Assembly: GCA_041649835.1 (NCBI GenBank)
Contig: JBAZML010000003.1
Span: forward strand, 1,451-65,450
DNA length: 64,000 nt
Reading direction: 5' to 3'
Source of the DNA: Candidatus Shapirobacteria bacterium
GTDB taxonomy: Bacteria > Patescibacteriota > Microgenomatia > UBA12405
Shown here: in pieces, positions 40,331-50,872 of the stretch
How positions within the stretch are numbered: the first letter of the stretch is position 1
Layout: every line of letters begins with the position of its first letter
The notes under the pieces: model-generated
What the model was told of the DNA's origin: nothing
The model's database searches: none
The model's input: the letters and a program-made list of their open reading frames with translations, nothing else
Made by a program: the position numbers and the translations under genes

Positions 40331-41318
40331 AGTCCTATCAGGAACCAAGGTCGTTTTACGTTTAGACCTTGATTTACCTTTTTCCGAGAATACAATTCTC
40401 GACAATTCGAGGCTTCAGAAGTCTCTGTCCACCATTAAACTTTTACTCGAAAAAAAGTGCAAAATTTTAATCATCGGACACAGAGGTAGACCCGAAGGTA
40501 TCGATGAATCTCAGTCATTACGTCCTGTCTATCTGGAATTAATGTCACTTTTAGAACCCAATGGTGAAAATTTAATTAATAGTGTTTTTGTGCCGGAAAT
40601 TAATCAGGATGTTATTGATCAGGCTCTAGCTGTCAACCAAATTGTATTTTTAGAAAATCTCCGTTTTTGGCCGGGTGAAGAGGCTAATGATCCGGAATTT
40701 TTGACACCTCTGGCCAATATTTGTCAGGCTTACATTTGCGATGCCTTTGCTGTCGCCCATCGGGCTCATGCTTCAATGACTTTATGGCAAAAATTGCCAG
40801 CCTTTTATGGTCTCAGTTTTATGGACGAATATTCTCATTTAGAAGCACTGATAAATCCGGCTCGTCCATTTATTTTAGTTTTAGGTGGTGCCAAAGAAGA
40901 CAAAATAAAACATCTTGATAAATTGATTCCTCTTTGTGACCAGATTTTAATTGGTGGCAAATTGCCAAAACTTTTAACTCTTACCGATCCAAAGATTATT
41001 CCCGCCACTTTAATTCCCGATGGCTTTGATATTGATGAAGCCGCTATTGCCAAATTTACTGAAATAATAAATGGTGCAAAAACAATCATTTGGGCAGGTG
41101 CTATGGGTTTTTATGAGAAGCCAGAATATCAAAATGGAACTGAAAAAATTGCCGCTGCTATAGCTGAGGCCAATGCTTACAAAGTTATCGCTGGCGGTGA
41201 TACAGGTGCTTCAGTTGTTAAACTTGGGCTAAAGGATAAATTTGATTTTGTTTGTTCTGGTGGGGGAGTTCTTCTCGAATTCTTAGTCAAACACGACCTT
41301 CCAGCCTGGTCAATTTAA
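40308..41318 (+). CDS. pgk: Phosphoglycerate kinase (short form)
   Basis: N-terminal VVLRLDLDLP substrate-binding motif and C-terminal GGGVLLEFL. 336 aa, shorter than typical. Confidence 0.75.
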   Translation: MKLKSVSEVLSGTKVVLRLDLDLPFSENTILDNSRLQKSLSTIKLLLEKKCKILIIGHRGRPEGIDESQSLRPVYLELMSLLEPNGENLINSVFVPEINQDVIDQALAVNQIVFLENLRFWPGEEANDPEFLTPLANICQAYICDAFAVAHRAHASMTLWQKLPAFYGLSFMDEYSHLEALINPARPFILVLGGAKEDKIKHLDKLIPLCDQILIGGKLPKLLTLTDPKIIPATLIPDGFDIDEAAIAKFTEIINGAKTIIWAGAMGFYEKPEYQNGTEKIAAAIAEANAYKVIAGGDTGASVVKLGLKDKFDFVCSGGGVLLEFLVKHDLPAWSI

Positions 41319-41376
41319 GTATTTTTTCACGAATTTACATCGAAATGTCATTAATTTTTTAATGTATTATTAGTTT

Positions 41377-42411
41377 ATGACAAATAAAAAACTTGTAATT
41401 GGTATCAATGGTTTTGGTCGGATTGGAAGCGTTGTTCTTCGCGCCATAAATGCTGAAAAATATGACATAGATGTTGGAGCAATTAATGTCAAAAGCGAGA
41501 TGGAAATGGAGGCTTATGCTTTGCAGTTAAAATACGATTCAGTTTATGGACGTTTTCCCGGTAAAGTTTCTTTTTCCGAACCGGAAAAGGCCGGGGAGTT
41601 AGGTCGTTTACTTGTCAATGATATTCCTATCCCTTTTCTGGTTGGCAGTGACCCTTCACGTATTCCTTGGAAAAATTATGGTGTTGACATCGTTTTAGAA
41701 TGTACCGGCGCTTTTACCGATTCTAAAGCGGGACTCCATCTCAAAGGTGGTGCCAAAAAGGTTGTCATCTCCGCTCCAACCAAAGACAAAACAATTCCAA
41801 CTTACATAATGGGAGTCAATGAGAATGATTATCACGGTGAAACAATTGTTTCCAATGGTTCTTGCACCACTCAATGTGTAGCTCCGGTAGTAAAACTAAT
41901 CGACCAAAAAATTGGATTTCAAGAGGGTGTTTTAACCACTATTCACGCCTATACAACTAATCAAAATATTGTTGATGGTGCCGGTAAAGATGCTCGTCGT
42001 GCCCGCGCAGCAGCCATCAATATTGTTCCAACTTCCACTGGTGCTGCCGAGGCCGTTATCGCTTGTTACCCAGAAGCTCGTGGTCGTTTCATGGGTACAG
42101 CTATTAGAGTTCCTGTAATTTGTGGTTCTTATTCTGACATAACCTTCAAATTAGTCCGTGGTACCACCATAGAAGAAGTAAATTCAATTTTTGAAGATGC
42201 TGCCTGTCAGACAACAATGGTTGGTAAAGTAAAAGTCTCTTACGAACCCCTTGTTTCTTCCGATATCATCGGTAATAACGCTTCTTGTGTCATCGACACC
42301 CGTATGACCAAGGTAGTTAGTGGTGATATGATTTCTATCGGTGCCTGGTATGACAATGAATACGGTTATAGCTGCCGTCTCATTGAAATGGCACTCCATA
42401 TATGGAAATAA
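41377..42411 (+). CDS. gap: Glyceraldehyde-3-phosphate dehydrogenase
   Basis: INGFGRIGS NAD-binding motif, SNGSCTTQCVAP active-site motif. Confidence 0.9.
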   Translation: MTNKKLVIGINGFGRIGSVVLRAINAEKYDIDVGAINVKSEMEMEAYALQLKYDSVYGRFPGKVSFSEPEKAGELGRLLVNDIPIPFLVGSDPSRIPWKNYGVDIVLECTGAFTDSKAGLHLKGGAKKVVISAPTKDKTIPTYIMGVNENDYHGETIVSNGSCTTQCVAPVVKLIDQKIGFQEGVLTTIHAYTTNQNIVDGAGKDARRARAAAINIVPTSTGAAEAVIACYPEARGRFMGTAIRVPVICGSYSDITFKLVRGTTIEEVNSIFEDAACQTTMVGKVKVSYEPLVSSDIIGNNASCVIDTRMTKVVSGDMISIGAWYDNEYGYSCRLIEMALHIWK

Positions 42412-43004
42412 TTCCTACCACTAATCCTCAACTTGATTTTCGGGAAGCTGAAAAACGTATCGCTCAAATAAAAGATTTATCGACTTGGATTCAGGTTGAT
42501 GTTACTGATGGAATATTAGTCAAACCCCCCACTTTTTTTCTCGAACTTTTGAATCGCACTGATCTAATTTTGGAAAATAACCTTTTTGATATTCATTTAA
42601 TGGTCAAAGAACCAATAAATTGGATAAAAAAATGTGTTTTTGTTCAGGCCTCACGGATAATCGGTCAGGTTGAGATGATGTCAGATAGAGAAAAATTTGT
42701 TACAGAAGCCAAGAATAATGGTTTAGAAGTTGGTCTCGCTTTCGATGTTGACACTCCACTTGATTCAAACATTCCTCCAGAAACAGATTTAATTCTTTTG
42801 ATGGGTCGTCACATGGGCTTTGAACCTCTACCTTTAAACATTAAAATTTACGAAAGTATCAGTTATCTTAAGGATTTAGGTTTGAAGGTAGCTTTAGATG
42901 GGGGAGTAACTCTCGATAATTTTCAAAAAATTAGTGACACAGGAATTGATATCATTTATTCAGGACATAATTATTTAGATTTAACTCATGAAAAAAATTC
43001 ATAA
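42402..43004 (+). CDS. rpe: Ribulose-phosphate 3-epimerase
   Basis: WIQVDVTDG, HLMVKEP, ILLMGRHMGFE and ALDGGV align with RPE motifs. Confidence 0.7.
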   Translation: MEIIPTTNPQLDFREAEKRIAQIKDLSTWIQVDVTDGILVKPPTFFLELLNRTDLILENNLFDIHLMVKEPINWIKKCVFVQASRIIGQVEMMSDREKFVTEAKNNGLEVGLAFDVDTPLDSNIPPETDLILLMGRHMGFEPLPLNIKIYESISYLKDLGLKVALDGGVTLDNFQKISDTGIDIIYSGHNYLDLTHEKNS

Positions 43005-43566
43005 ACGTCCCTTTCATGTTGCTTTTTTTGGTAATGCTTCTACAAAAAAAAGTGATTCTTCTTTTGTTGATGCTTACGATACCGCCCAACTTTTGGCAAA
43101 AAATAAATGCACCATTTTGAATGGTGGAGGTCCGGGAATTATGTTAGCCTCTACTTTGGGAGCAAAATCAGTCAAAGGACGTGCTGAAGTAGTGGTTATT
43201 AATCCTAAAAATCAACCCGGGCACTATGAAGGTCAATTTTTTGAAAATATTTCAGAGGCTAATCGAAAATTTGTTTTAAAATCGTATCAGGGACGAATCA
43301 ACAAGTTAATTAAATTAGCCAATGCTTATGTTGTTTTTTATGGAGGTACCGGTACTCTTGCTGAAATGTCATTTGTTTGGAGTGAAGCAAAATTTGCTTA
43401 TCCACGTCAAAAACCCATCATCTTTTTTGGTAAAAAATGGAAAAAAATAATTAACACCTTAATTAAAGAATTGAATTTGGAAAAAATGGAACAGAAAGTC
43501 TGTTATTTCGCCGATACTCCCGACAAAGTTCTTGAGATATTGAAAGGATTTAGTAAAAAAATCTGA
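42988..43566 (+). CDS. LOG-family (TIGR00730) Rossmann-fold nucleotide-binding protein
   Basis: GGGPGIM and GGTGTLAE motifs. Confidence 0.7.
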   Translation: MKKIHKRPFHVAFFGNASTKKSDSSFVDAYDTAQLLAKNKCTILNGGGPGIMLASTLGAKSVKGRAEVVVINPKNQPGHYEGQFFENISEANRKFVLKSYQGRINKLIKLANAYVVFYGGTGTLAEMSFVWSEAKFAYPRQKPIIFFGKKWKKIINTLIKELNLEKMEQKVCYFADTPDKVLEILKGFSKKI

Positions 43567-43570
43567 GTCC

Positions 43571-44656
43571 TTATTCCAAATAATCCTGAAGTTTTTTTCT
43601 ACGACTTGGATGACGTAATTTTCGTAAAGCTTTGGCCTCAATTTGTCTAATTCTTTCACGGGTAACGTTGAATATTTTACCCACTTCCTCGAGAGTTTTT
43701 GGTGTTTCTCCCATTAAGCCAAATCGGAGTGACAATACTTTCGCCTCTCTTTCATCTAAAGATCCCAAGACCTCTTCAATTGATTCTCTTAATAGTTCCT
43801 TGGAAGTTTCTTCATAGGGGCTTGGTTGAGTGGTATCCTCAATAAAATCTCCCAAAAATGAATCTTCATCATCTCCAACCGGAGTAGCCAGTGATGTTGT
43901 GTCTTGTGAAATCCGGTAAATTTCTTCAACTTTCTCAATAGTGATGCCCACTTCTGCGGCAATTTCTTCAATAGCTGGTTCTCGACCCAGTCTTTGGGTT
44001 AAGGCTCTGGTGGCTTTGTAAACTTTATTAATAGTTTCTACCATGTGTACTGGAATGCGAATTGTTTTTGCCTGATCAGCAATAGCCCGAGTGATGGCTT
44101 GTCGAATCCACCAGGTAGCGTAAGTCGAAAATTTAAAACCACGTTTCCAATCAAATTTTTCTACAGCTCTCATCAAGCCCTGATTACCTTCCTGGACTAA
44201 ATCTAAAAATGTTAAGCCTCGGCCAATATATTTTTTAGCAATTGAAACAACTAGTCTCAAATTTGCGTTGATAAGATCAGCCCTAGCTTCGTCGGAACCT
44301 TTTTCAATGGCTTTTGCCAGTTCAACTTCTTTATCGAAATTAATTAAATCAATTTTTCCAATTTCTTTGAGGTACATTCGGACCGAATCCATGCTGTTTT
44401 TTTGTGAAAGCAAAGCCAACAAATCAGCACTACTCAACTTTCCCTTTTCTGAGTCAATTACTTCACGGGATTCAACTTTGTCAAAAACATCAATACCCTT
44501 GTCAAACAAATAGTCGAAAAGTTGATCAATCTGCTCGACGTATTTTTCTGGTTCTGGAATTAAAGCTAGAATCTCATCGTTAGTTAAGTAACGAAGCTTC
44601 TTTGCTTGAGCAACTAACTTGGTTTTTATTAGAGATATGTTTATTGTTGCTGCCAT
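43571..44656 (-). CDS. rpoD: RNA polymerase sigma factor RpoD (sigma-70)
   Basis: Regions 2-4 conserved. Region 2 reads [37 protein letters not shown]. Confidence 0.9.
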   Translation of the reverse strand: MAATINISLIKTKLVAQAKKLRYLTNDEILALIPEPEKYVEQIDQLFDYLFDKGIDVFDKVESREVIDSEKGKLSSADLLALLSQKNSMDSVRMYLKEIGKIDLINFDKEVELAKAIEKGSDEARADLINANLRLVVSIAKKYIGRGLTFLDLVQEGNQGLMRAVEKFDWKRGFKFSTYATWWIRQAITRAIADQAKTIRIPVHMVETINKVYKATRALTQRLGREPAIEEIAAEVGITIEKVEEIYRISQDTTSLATPVGDDEDSFLGDFIEDTTQPSPYEETSKELLRESIEEVLGSLDEREAKVLSLRFGLMGETPKTLEEVGKIFNVTRERIRQIEAKALRKLRHPSRRKKLQDYLE

Positions 44657-44685
44657 AGCTTATTATTCTATCAAAAAAAGTCCTC

Positions 44686-46464
44686 TCAGGACCTAGCTCT
44701 TTGCAATATTGCCAATTTGGTCAATATTTGAGCGTACTGGGCCTCTACTTGGGCGATTTTGTCGTCGTCTTCTGAGGCTTCGAGATTAGCAATTATACCA
44801 CTTAATACTTTTAGCCTGTCCTTTAGTTCTAATTCTTCAATTTGTCTAAGTATTTTACCCCTTTCTTTTTTTCTCTCATCGCTAGTGTTTTGTTCTTCAA
44901 AAGCTCTTAAATACAAATTGTTAAAAGTTTCTATCAATTCCGGTTCGAGTTTTCTAACTATTTTTTCTGCATTAAATATTTTGTATTTTTTTACTACCTC
45001 GCTAATTTTTTTATATCGCAACGTCTGCCACGCCAATAGTTTCATGGCTGCCTTTGGTTTTTTCATTCTTAAAATTAAGGTCATTAATCTTTCTTCAAGT
45101 CTTTCTCTCATGTCACCCCTTTCAACTTCTTCCTTACTCTCCCTCTTTATTGGGATGACGCCATTTTCTGCTTTTAAATATTTTTGAAATTCTTCAACCA
45201 CACTTACTTCATCAGAATTGATAGCCGTTGCCACTTTTTTCAAATAATCTGATCTGATTACCAGATTATTTATTTTTGCCAAAAAAGGCAAAATTGTCAT
45301 CAATATCATTTTTTTACCCTTAGATGTATCGACACCGTAACTATTGATACTCGAATTTAAAATAAAATCCCATATACTTTCAGCTTCTTTTAATTTTTTC
45401 TTAAAAAATTCTAAATCAGCCTTAATCGCTTCGTCAGGATCTTTGTACTTTCCCTCCAAATCCAAAACTCTAATTTCAAAGTCCATTTTATCAGCCAACT
45501 CAATACTTCTAATAGATGCCTTATTTCCGGCAAAATCGGAATCTAATCCCAAGATCAGAGTGTCAGCATATCTTCTAATTAATTGCAGTTGCTCCTCAGT
45601 TAAGGCTGTTCCCTTGATAGCGACAACGTTTTCAATTCCCACCTGATAAGGTGAAATCATATCGAGTTCACCTTCTACAATTATGGCTGTGTTTTCTTTT
45701 TTTATACTTTCTTTGGCCAGATTCAATCCAAAAAACATTTGACTTTTATGGTAGATTTCAGTTTCAGGAGAGTTAATATATTTGGCTAATTCTGGATTTT
45801 TACTACTAGGCAAAATCCTTCCGGAAAATCCTACCACTCGGTCTCGGAAATCAACTTGGGGGAAAATCAGCCTATCTTGAAAACGATCATAAGTTTGACC
45901 GCGGTTATATTGACTCTTACCAAAAGAACCATTTTCCATCAGATCTTCCAGTTTAAAATCCTTCTTAAGTAAATAATTGACAATTAATCGGCTATCCCGA
46001 GGTGCAAAACCAATCATGAATTTACTAATAATTTCCCGACTGATTCCTCTTTTTTCTACATAAGCCAATGCTTCTTTTCCCAAATCATGATTTGTCAAAA
46101 TATAATTATAAAATTTAGAGGCTTCTTTATTTATTTCAAACAATTTTTTCTTTTTTGATTCTTGACCACTAAGTTTTCCGGTGTGTATCAGTTTTATTCC
46201 TGCCATTTTTGCCAAGTCTTCAAGTGCATCTTTGAAATCAATTCTATTGTATTCTTCCATAAAACTAAATACATCGCCTGCTTTTCCACATCCAAAACAT
46301 TTGTAGATTTGTAATTCCTGGGAGACTATAAATGAAGGACTTTTTTCCTGATGAAAAGGACAACAGGCCACATAATGACGACCCCTCTTTTTTAAAGGTA
46401 CAAATTTATTGATAACTTCAACGATGTCCAACTTCTTTTTTATTTCTTCTACCTGATTCTCCAC
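44686..46464 (-). CDS. dnaG: DNA primase
   Basis: Zinc ribbon CPFHQEKSPSF..CFGCG. TOPRIM EGELD. Directly upstream of rpoD. Confidence 0.9.
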   Translation of the reverse strand: MENQVEEIKKKLDIVEVINKFVPLKKRGRHYVACCPFHQEKSPSFIVSQELQIYKCFGCGKAGDVFSFMEEYNRIDFKDALEDLAKMAGIKLIHTGKLSGQESKKKKLFEINKEASKFYNYILTNHDLGKEALAYVEKRGISREIISKFMIGFAPRDSRLIVNYLLKKDFKLEDLMENGSFGKSQYNRGQTYDRFQDRLIFPQVDFRDRVVGFSGRILPSSKNPELAKYINSPETEIYHKSQMFFGLNLAKESIKKENTAIIVEGELDMISPYQVGIENVVAIKGTALTEEQLQLIRRYADTLILGLDSDFAGNKASIRSIELADKMDFEIRVLDLEGKYKDPDEAIKADLEFFKKKLKEAESIWDFILNSSINSYGVDTSKGKKMILMTILPFLAKINNLVIRSDYLKKVATAINSDEVSVVEEFQKYLKAENGVIPIKRESKEEVERGDMRERLEERLMTLILRMKKPKAAMKLLAWQTLRYKKISEVVKKYKIFNAEKIVRKLEPELIETFNNLYLRAFEEQNTSDERKKERGKILRQIEELELKDRLKVLSGIIANLEASEDDDKIAQVEAQYAQILTKLAILQRARS

Positions 46465-46480
46465 TGGCCTATTCTAACAT

Positions 46481-46963
46481 TTATTCATTAATTCCGAATT
46501 CTTCCAACACTTTCTGAATTTTTTCAAAATATCCCGGAAAAACTAAATATTTTTTTAAATCTTTTATTTTCACCCACCTATATTTTTTAATTTCGTGTTC
46601 GTCAATTTTTATTTCCTTGCTTTTGCCCAAAAATATAACCAAAAAGCGAATTCTTTCCTGTCCTATATATGTTTTTCCGTCTTTCTCCAATCTATGTATG
46701 ACATAGTCTTTCGGCCACTTATATTTATCAATTTCTTTTCCGACTTTTTTTATTTCAAATTTATTAGATCCCAATTCTTCCCTTAATTCCCGTAATATAG
46801 TTTCATTTGCTTTTTCACCATTATCAATTCCACCACCCGGGAAATCCCATTCTTTACGTTGATGATTCTGTTTATTAATGACTAATATTTTATTATTTTT
46901 GTTTATAACCAGTGCCACTGTACTTTTTCGGTAACCCAATTTTTTCCAATCAATTTTATCCAT
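46481..46963 (-). CDS. NUDIX hydrolase
   Basis: Nudix box GGGIDNGEKANETILRELREELG. Confidence 0.75.
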   Translation of the reverse strand: MDKIDWKKLGYRKSTVALVINKNNKILVINKQNHQRKEWDFPGGGIDNGEKANETILRELREELGSNKFEIKKVGKEIDKYKWPKDYVIHRLEKDGKTYIGQERIRFLVIFLGKSKEIKIDEHEIKKYRWVKIKDLKKYLVFPGYFEKIQKVLEEFGINE

Positions 46964-48219
46964 TAAATTATTGCCTCTTTAATTGCTACCCGAATATGTT
47001 TTGGTGTTATAAAAATCAACACTACTACCAAACAAAAATTAAACACTCCCAAAAATGAAAATGCTGCTCCAATTCCAAACCAATCTGCTGTAATTCCCGC
47101 CAAGGCCGGTCCGATGACAAATCCAATATTGGTGGTAAAGTCGTTCAATCCTTCAATTTCGCCCTGATATTTTTTTGACTCTGTAATGTAGTCAACGTAG
47201 GCTCCCTTTATTGCTGGCCAGGCAATAGACCCAAGAGTTGCCGACACTAGAGATACTCCCAATAAAATATATGGATTTTTAATAAATCCAAAAGATATTA
47301 ATAATAAAGATGACCCTAAAAACGAAAAATAGGCCGTTCTTTTTTTGCCAAATTTTCTCGTAATTGGCTCTACAAACCAACCAGTTACTAGCATTGGCAG
47401 GGTATAGGTGGTCATAAATAAACCGCTAAAATCTTTTACATTCTTAAAATTTTCCGCAAACATTGGACCTATTGTCCAAAATGTAGAATCAAATATATAC
47501 AACATTGTATTAAAAATTAACACTGGGTAGAGGATAGAACTGACATTTTTCCACAGCTTTAATTCACGTAACCAATCAATAGATTTTCTCTTGGCCTCCA
47601 ATCCCTGATGAAATCCCCGTCGGGTCGAATAGCTTGTTAGAACAACAAAAAATACTGCCGAAATTATCAAAAATAAAAATGCATAAATAAGTGGAGACAT
47701 GGAAATAATTTGATCAGTAATTATAAGTGATGCAATTATTGGGGCAATTAAATATCCAACTGATTTGAAAATACTGACTATTCCAAAGTTCTGACAATGT
47801 TCTTCTTTCTCTGAGTTACCACTAACAAAATCAAATAATCCAAAATTAAATACGTCATAATACAATCCCCACACTGCCATACAAAATATAAATAAAACAG
47901 TGCTGTTTGCTGACCACAGCAGTAGAGGATACGTAAACGATAAAAAAAACAATATTAAAAATAATCGCACATAGTGTGTATTTTTAAATAGTTTACTGAT
48001 CAAAAAATCAAATATCGCTCCGGCCAGTGATGAAGACGCAATTATCAATCCGATTGCCGTTTTTGAATAACCGTGATTTTCAATTAGTATTGGGGTAATA
48101 AATGAGATGATTCCATCAAACATGCTCCAAAACAAAATCATCAACGAAGCAGTATATAAGACTTTATGTTCCCGGCTATAACTGGCAATACTCTTGCCAA
48201 CAATATTTTTCAAAGCCAT
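46963..48219 (-). CDS. MFS transporter
   Basis: 12 TM segments in a 6+6 arrangement. Confidence 0.65.
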   Translation of the reverse strand: MALKNIVGKSIASYSREHKVLYTASLMILFWSMFDGIISFITPILIENHGYSKTAIGLIIASSSLAGAIFDFLISKLFKNTHYVRLFLILFFLSFTYPLLLWSANSTVLFIFCMAVWGLYYDVFNFGLFDFVSGNSEKEEHCQNFGIVSIFKSVGYLIAPIIASLIITDQIISMSPLIYAFLFLIISAVFFVVLTSYSTRRGFHQGLEAKRKSIDWLRELKLWKNVSSILYPVLIFNTMLYIFDSTFWTIGPMFAENFKNVKDFSGLFMTTYTLPMLVTGWFVEPITRKFGKKRTAYFSFLGSSLLLISFGFIKNPYILLGVSLVSATLGSIAWPAIKGAYVDYITESKKYQGEIEGLNDFTTNIGFVIGPALAGITADWFGIGAAFSFLGVFNFCLVVVLIFITPKHIRVAIKEAII

Positions 48220-48241
48220 AATTATTTATACACTATTGAAT

Positions 48242-49312
48242 TCAATGATCGCGGTTTACCAAAAAATCAGGTAGATATTCCAAATAGCTTCTGGCTGGGT
48301 TTTCCTTTAAAAAACCTAACTCATTTTTAAAATATTCCTTGGCCTCAGCTGCAAATTTATTCATTAAATTTTGAGCATAGTCCAAACTTTTACATTCTTC
48401 CATTTTTTGAATCACCCATTTTACTTCTGTTTCATTTTTATTTTCTCGGCATTTTTCCATAATTTTTTCCAGCTTGTCCTTATCACTACCATTAATTGTT
48501 CTCATTAGATGGGCTAGCATTATGGTTCTTTTCCCTTCATAGATATCATTTCCGCATTGTTTTTTTTGTCCACAAAAATCAGAAGTTAAATCCAAGAGAT
48601 CATCTTTAATCTGAAAACAATATCCGGTTAATTTTCCAAATTCATAAATTTTTTCCAACTGTTCAGAAGTTGCTCCGGCAATAATTGCCCCTTCTCTCAT
48701 CGGCCCAGCCACAGTGTAATAGCCGGTCTTGCTTTCTAAAATCAATAATATGTCGTCATCGGATAATTTTTTTTTGTTTTCTTGAGCCCATTTAATTTCA
48801 ATAGTTTGACCCAAAATAGTACGTTTTATAATTTTTGTAAATTCTTCCATAATAAGAAATGTTTTTTCTGCGCCCAGAATCAGTCGGTTGTCTTGAAGTA
48901 TCTCCCACATTAATAAATGCAAAGCGTCACCAGTGTTAATTGCCAATTCTTTTGAATATTTTCGATGTAAAGTTATTTCTCCCCTTCGTTCTAATGAATC
49001 ATCTTCAACATCATCATGAATTAATATCCATTCTTCAGAGATTTGTTGGGCTGCAGCCGTATTTATTAAAATATCAACAGGTACTCCCATTGCTTCACCT
49101 GCCAAAATTACCAAACAGGGTCTGAAATATTTACCCATTCTCTTAGGATAAACATCAACCATTTCCTGATTAAAATCCATTAGATTTTGATACTTTGCCG
49201 CTGGACAGCAAAAATCGTCAAATTTATTTACGAGTTTTATTTTTTTTTCTATTATTGGCCACACTAATTCCCGATTTTTTTTAAGTAAATTTACGAAGTC
49301 TTGATGTTGCAT
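48242..49312 (-). CDS. Polyprenyl diphosphate synthase (trans-isoprenyl diphosphate synthase)
   Basis: First DDxxD in LIHDDVEDD, second in FQIKDDLLD. Confidence 0.85.
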   Translation of the reverse strand: MQHQDFVNLLKKNRELVWPIIEKKIKLVNKFDDFCCPAAKYQNLMDFNQEMVDVYPKRMGKYFRPCLVILAGEAMGVPVDILINTAAAQQISEEWILIHDDVEDDSLERRGEITLHRKYSKELAINTGDALHLLMWEILQDNRLILGAEKTFLIMEEFTKIIKRTILGQTIEIKWAQENKKKLSDDDILLILESKTGYYTVAGPMREGAIIAGATSEQLEKIYEFGKLTGYCFQIKDDLLDLTSDFCGQKKQCGNDIYEGKRTIMLAHLMRTINGSDKDKLEKIMEKCRENKNETEVKWVIQKMEECKSLDYAQNLMNKFAAEAKEYFKNELGFLKENPARSYLEYLPDFLVNRDH

Positions 49313-49318
49313 ACTGTT

Positions 49319-50410
49319 TTAGTCGTTACTGGCTACCAAAGTCTCCTCTTTTTTTATTTTCGCTCCGGCACTAACCAGTATTTTGTCAAAAGTGTAAGGT
49401 GACAATATATATAAAACCTCAAAAGTTGCTACCGACAATTCAAAAGCACAAGGAATTTGATTTGTCACAAAAAATGCTCCTGCTCCTAAAATTAATGCGT
49501 TTTTAAAGCTCCCTCTCATTTTTTCCCTAAATATCTTATCAACGATTATTTGGTCCACTTGTCTCTTTGTTGCAATTTCTGCATCGATTCTGTGTCTTGT
49601 ATAGCTGGAGTGTATTACGGTCAAAAATGTACCAACCGCAGTAATCATATTCATAGTGGTATTTTGTCTGGTCAAATCAGCAACTAACCACCAACTTTCA
49701 AAATCAATTGGAAAATGTCTCAATAAAATTATTGACAATATCAACACAGTTCCACTAAATCCACTGCTTTGAATCAGAATTTTATTGTAATTTATCCTTG
49801 CCCCAAGTAATTTTTTGTTATTAGTCAAAAATACTTTAAATACTCTCCAAAGTAGTTTTGCGGCTGCAAAAAACAGAGAAATTCCAAGCCATATCAAAAG
49901 AATAATTTTCCAATCTACCGTTATTGTTTCAGTTACCTTAAAGAAAGGAAAATTAAAGATAGTTCCTACTAGTGGGTAGTCAGGTCTTGGTACCCACGAA
50001 TAAAGATATGAGGGATCAAGTTTTTGACTATAAAAATCTATTAAAAATATTCGGCCGGCTGAAAAAAAAGCAATTGCATTAACTACAAAGTTAAAAATAT
50101 AAAACACGATACCAATGTCACCTTTTTTAACTTTCTCTGAAAAAACCAAATAAGCTTCATCATTACTACTTTTTTCAATTCCTTCTTCAAAGTCTTTAAA
50201 GGAATGAGACAATCTCATCCCAATAAATCTAAGGGGTAAAAATACAATGTTCTGAACAATACCAATCAGCAGTACCGACACCCAAACCTGTCCGGTTAAA
50301 TAATAAAGACTAAAAAAAGCACTTGCATACAGTCGAAAACTTCCACCTCTAAAAAACCAAATTGTCACCCACACTAAAAAGATTACCAATAGAGTTGTGG
50401 CTATTGGCAT
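49319..50410 (-). CDS. Hypothetical polytopic membrane protein
   Basis: Likely start at MPIATTLLVIFLV. The longer ORF reaching 50665 has an implausible Arg/Cys-rich N-terminus and overlaps the next gene. Confidence 0.4.
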   Translation of the reverse strand: MPIATTLLVIFLVWVTIWFFRGGSFRLYASAFFSLYYLTGQVWVSVLLIGIVQNIVFLPLRFIGMRLSHSFKDFEEGIEKSSNDEAYLVFSEKVKKGDIGIVFYIFNFVVNAIAFFSAGRIFLIDFYSQKLDPSYLYSWVPRPDYPLVGTIFNFPFFKVTETITVDWKIILLIWLGISLFFAAAKLLWRVFKVFLTNNKKLLGARINYNKILIQSSGFSGTVLILSIILLRHFPIDFESWWLVADLTRQNTTMNMITAVGTFLTVIHSSYTRHRIDAEIATKRQVDQIIVDKIFREKMRGSFKNALILGAGAFFVTNQIPCAFELSVATFEVLYILSPYTFDKILVSAGAKIKKEETLVASND

Positions 50411-50482
50411 CAGCAGTCGGCTGTTGTCTATTTTTCTAATATCCTTGAATGATGAAGTCACGCTGTTGGAATTATAGCAACT

Positions 50483-50872
50483 TTGACCTATACTTTTATA
50501 ATGCCTGAATCTAGGGAAAGAAATAAAGAAATTCCAAGTAACCCTATTGAGACTCAAATCAAAATAGTCGATATCGGCCGGGAAAATGTTGGTAGCGAGC
50601 CAATTCCTCGGGAGATTAAAACCTGGATGGAGAAAGTCGAGCAGGCATCTTCTTCTCAACCTCAACAGGTAAATGATGATTCCGGCCAGCCACTTTTAAC
50701 CCCAATTGCTCCTCAGGATCCCAAAGTTGTCTTACCGATTAGTCGGAATACCTTTGTTGGAGGCTTTAAAAAAACATGGCTTGACGCTGGTCGTTGGCTT
50801 TCGGTTTTCATATTTCGATTTATAAAAATTAAGAAGGGAGACGTCACCTTCAAATCCGATGACACCCACTAA
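50483..50872 (+). CDS. Small hypothetical protein co-oriented with the coupling-ATPase gene
   Basis: 129 aa, Pro/Gln-rich middle, C-terminal hydrophobic segment. 14-nt overlap with the next gene. Confidence 0.35.
   Translation: MTYTFIMPESRERNKEIPSNPIETQIKIVDIGRENVGSEPIPREIKTWMEKVEQASSSQPQQVNDDSGQPLLTPIAPQDPKVVLPISRNTFVGGFKKTWLDAGRWLSVFIFRFIKIKKGDVTFKSDDTH

Noticed and set aside
43459-45646. Short antisense ORFs within rpoD and dnaG (43632-43817, 43789-43971, 44268-44513, 44759-45187, 45344-45646)
   Set aside because: Embedded in strongly supported essential genes. Ser/Leu-rich composition typical of reverse-strand artefacts.
49319-50872. Apparent 180-nt antisense overlap between the 448-aa membrane ORF and the 129-aa ORF
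   Set aside because: The long ORF's first 85 codons are Arg/Cys-rich and non-membrane. Choosing the internal start at 50410 (MPIATTLLVIFLV) removes the overlap, so there are no genuinely overlapping genes here.
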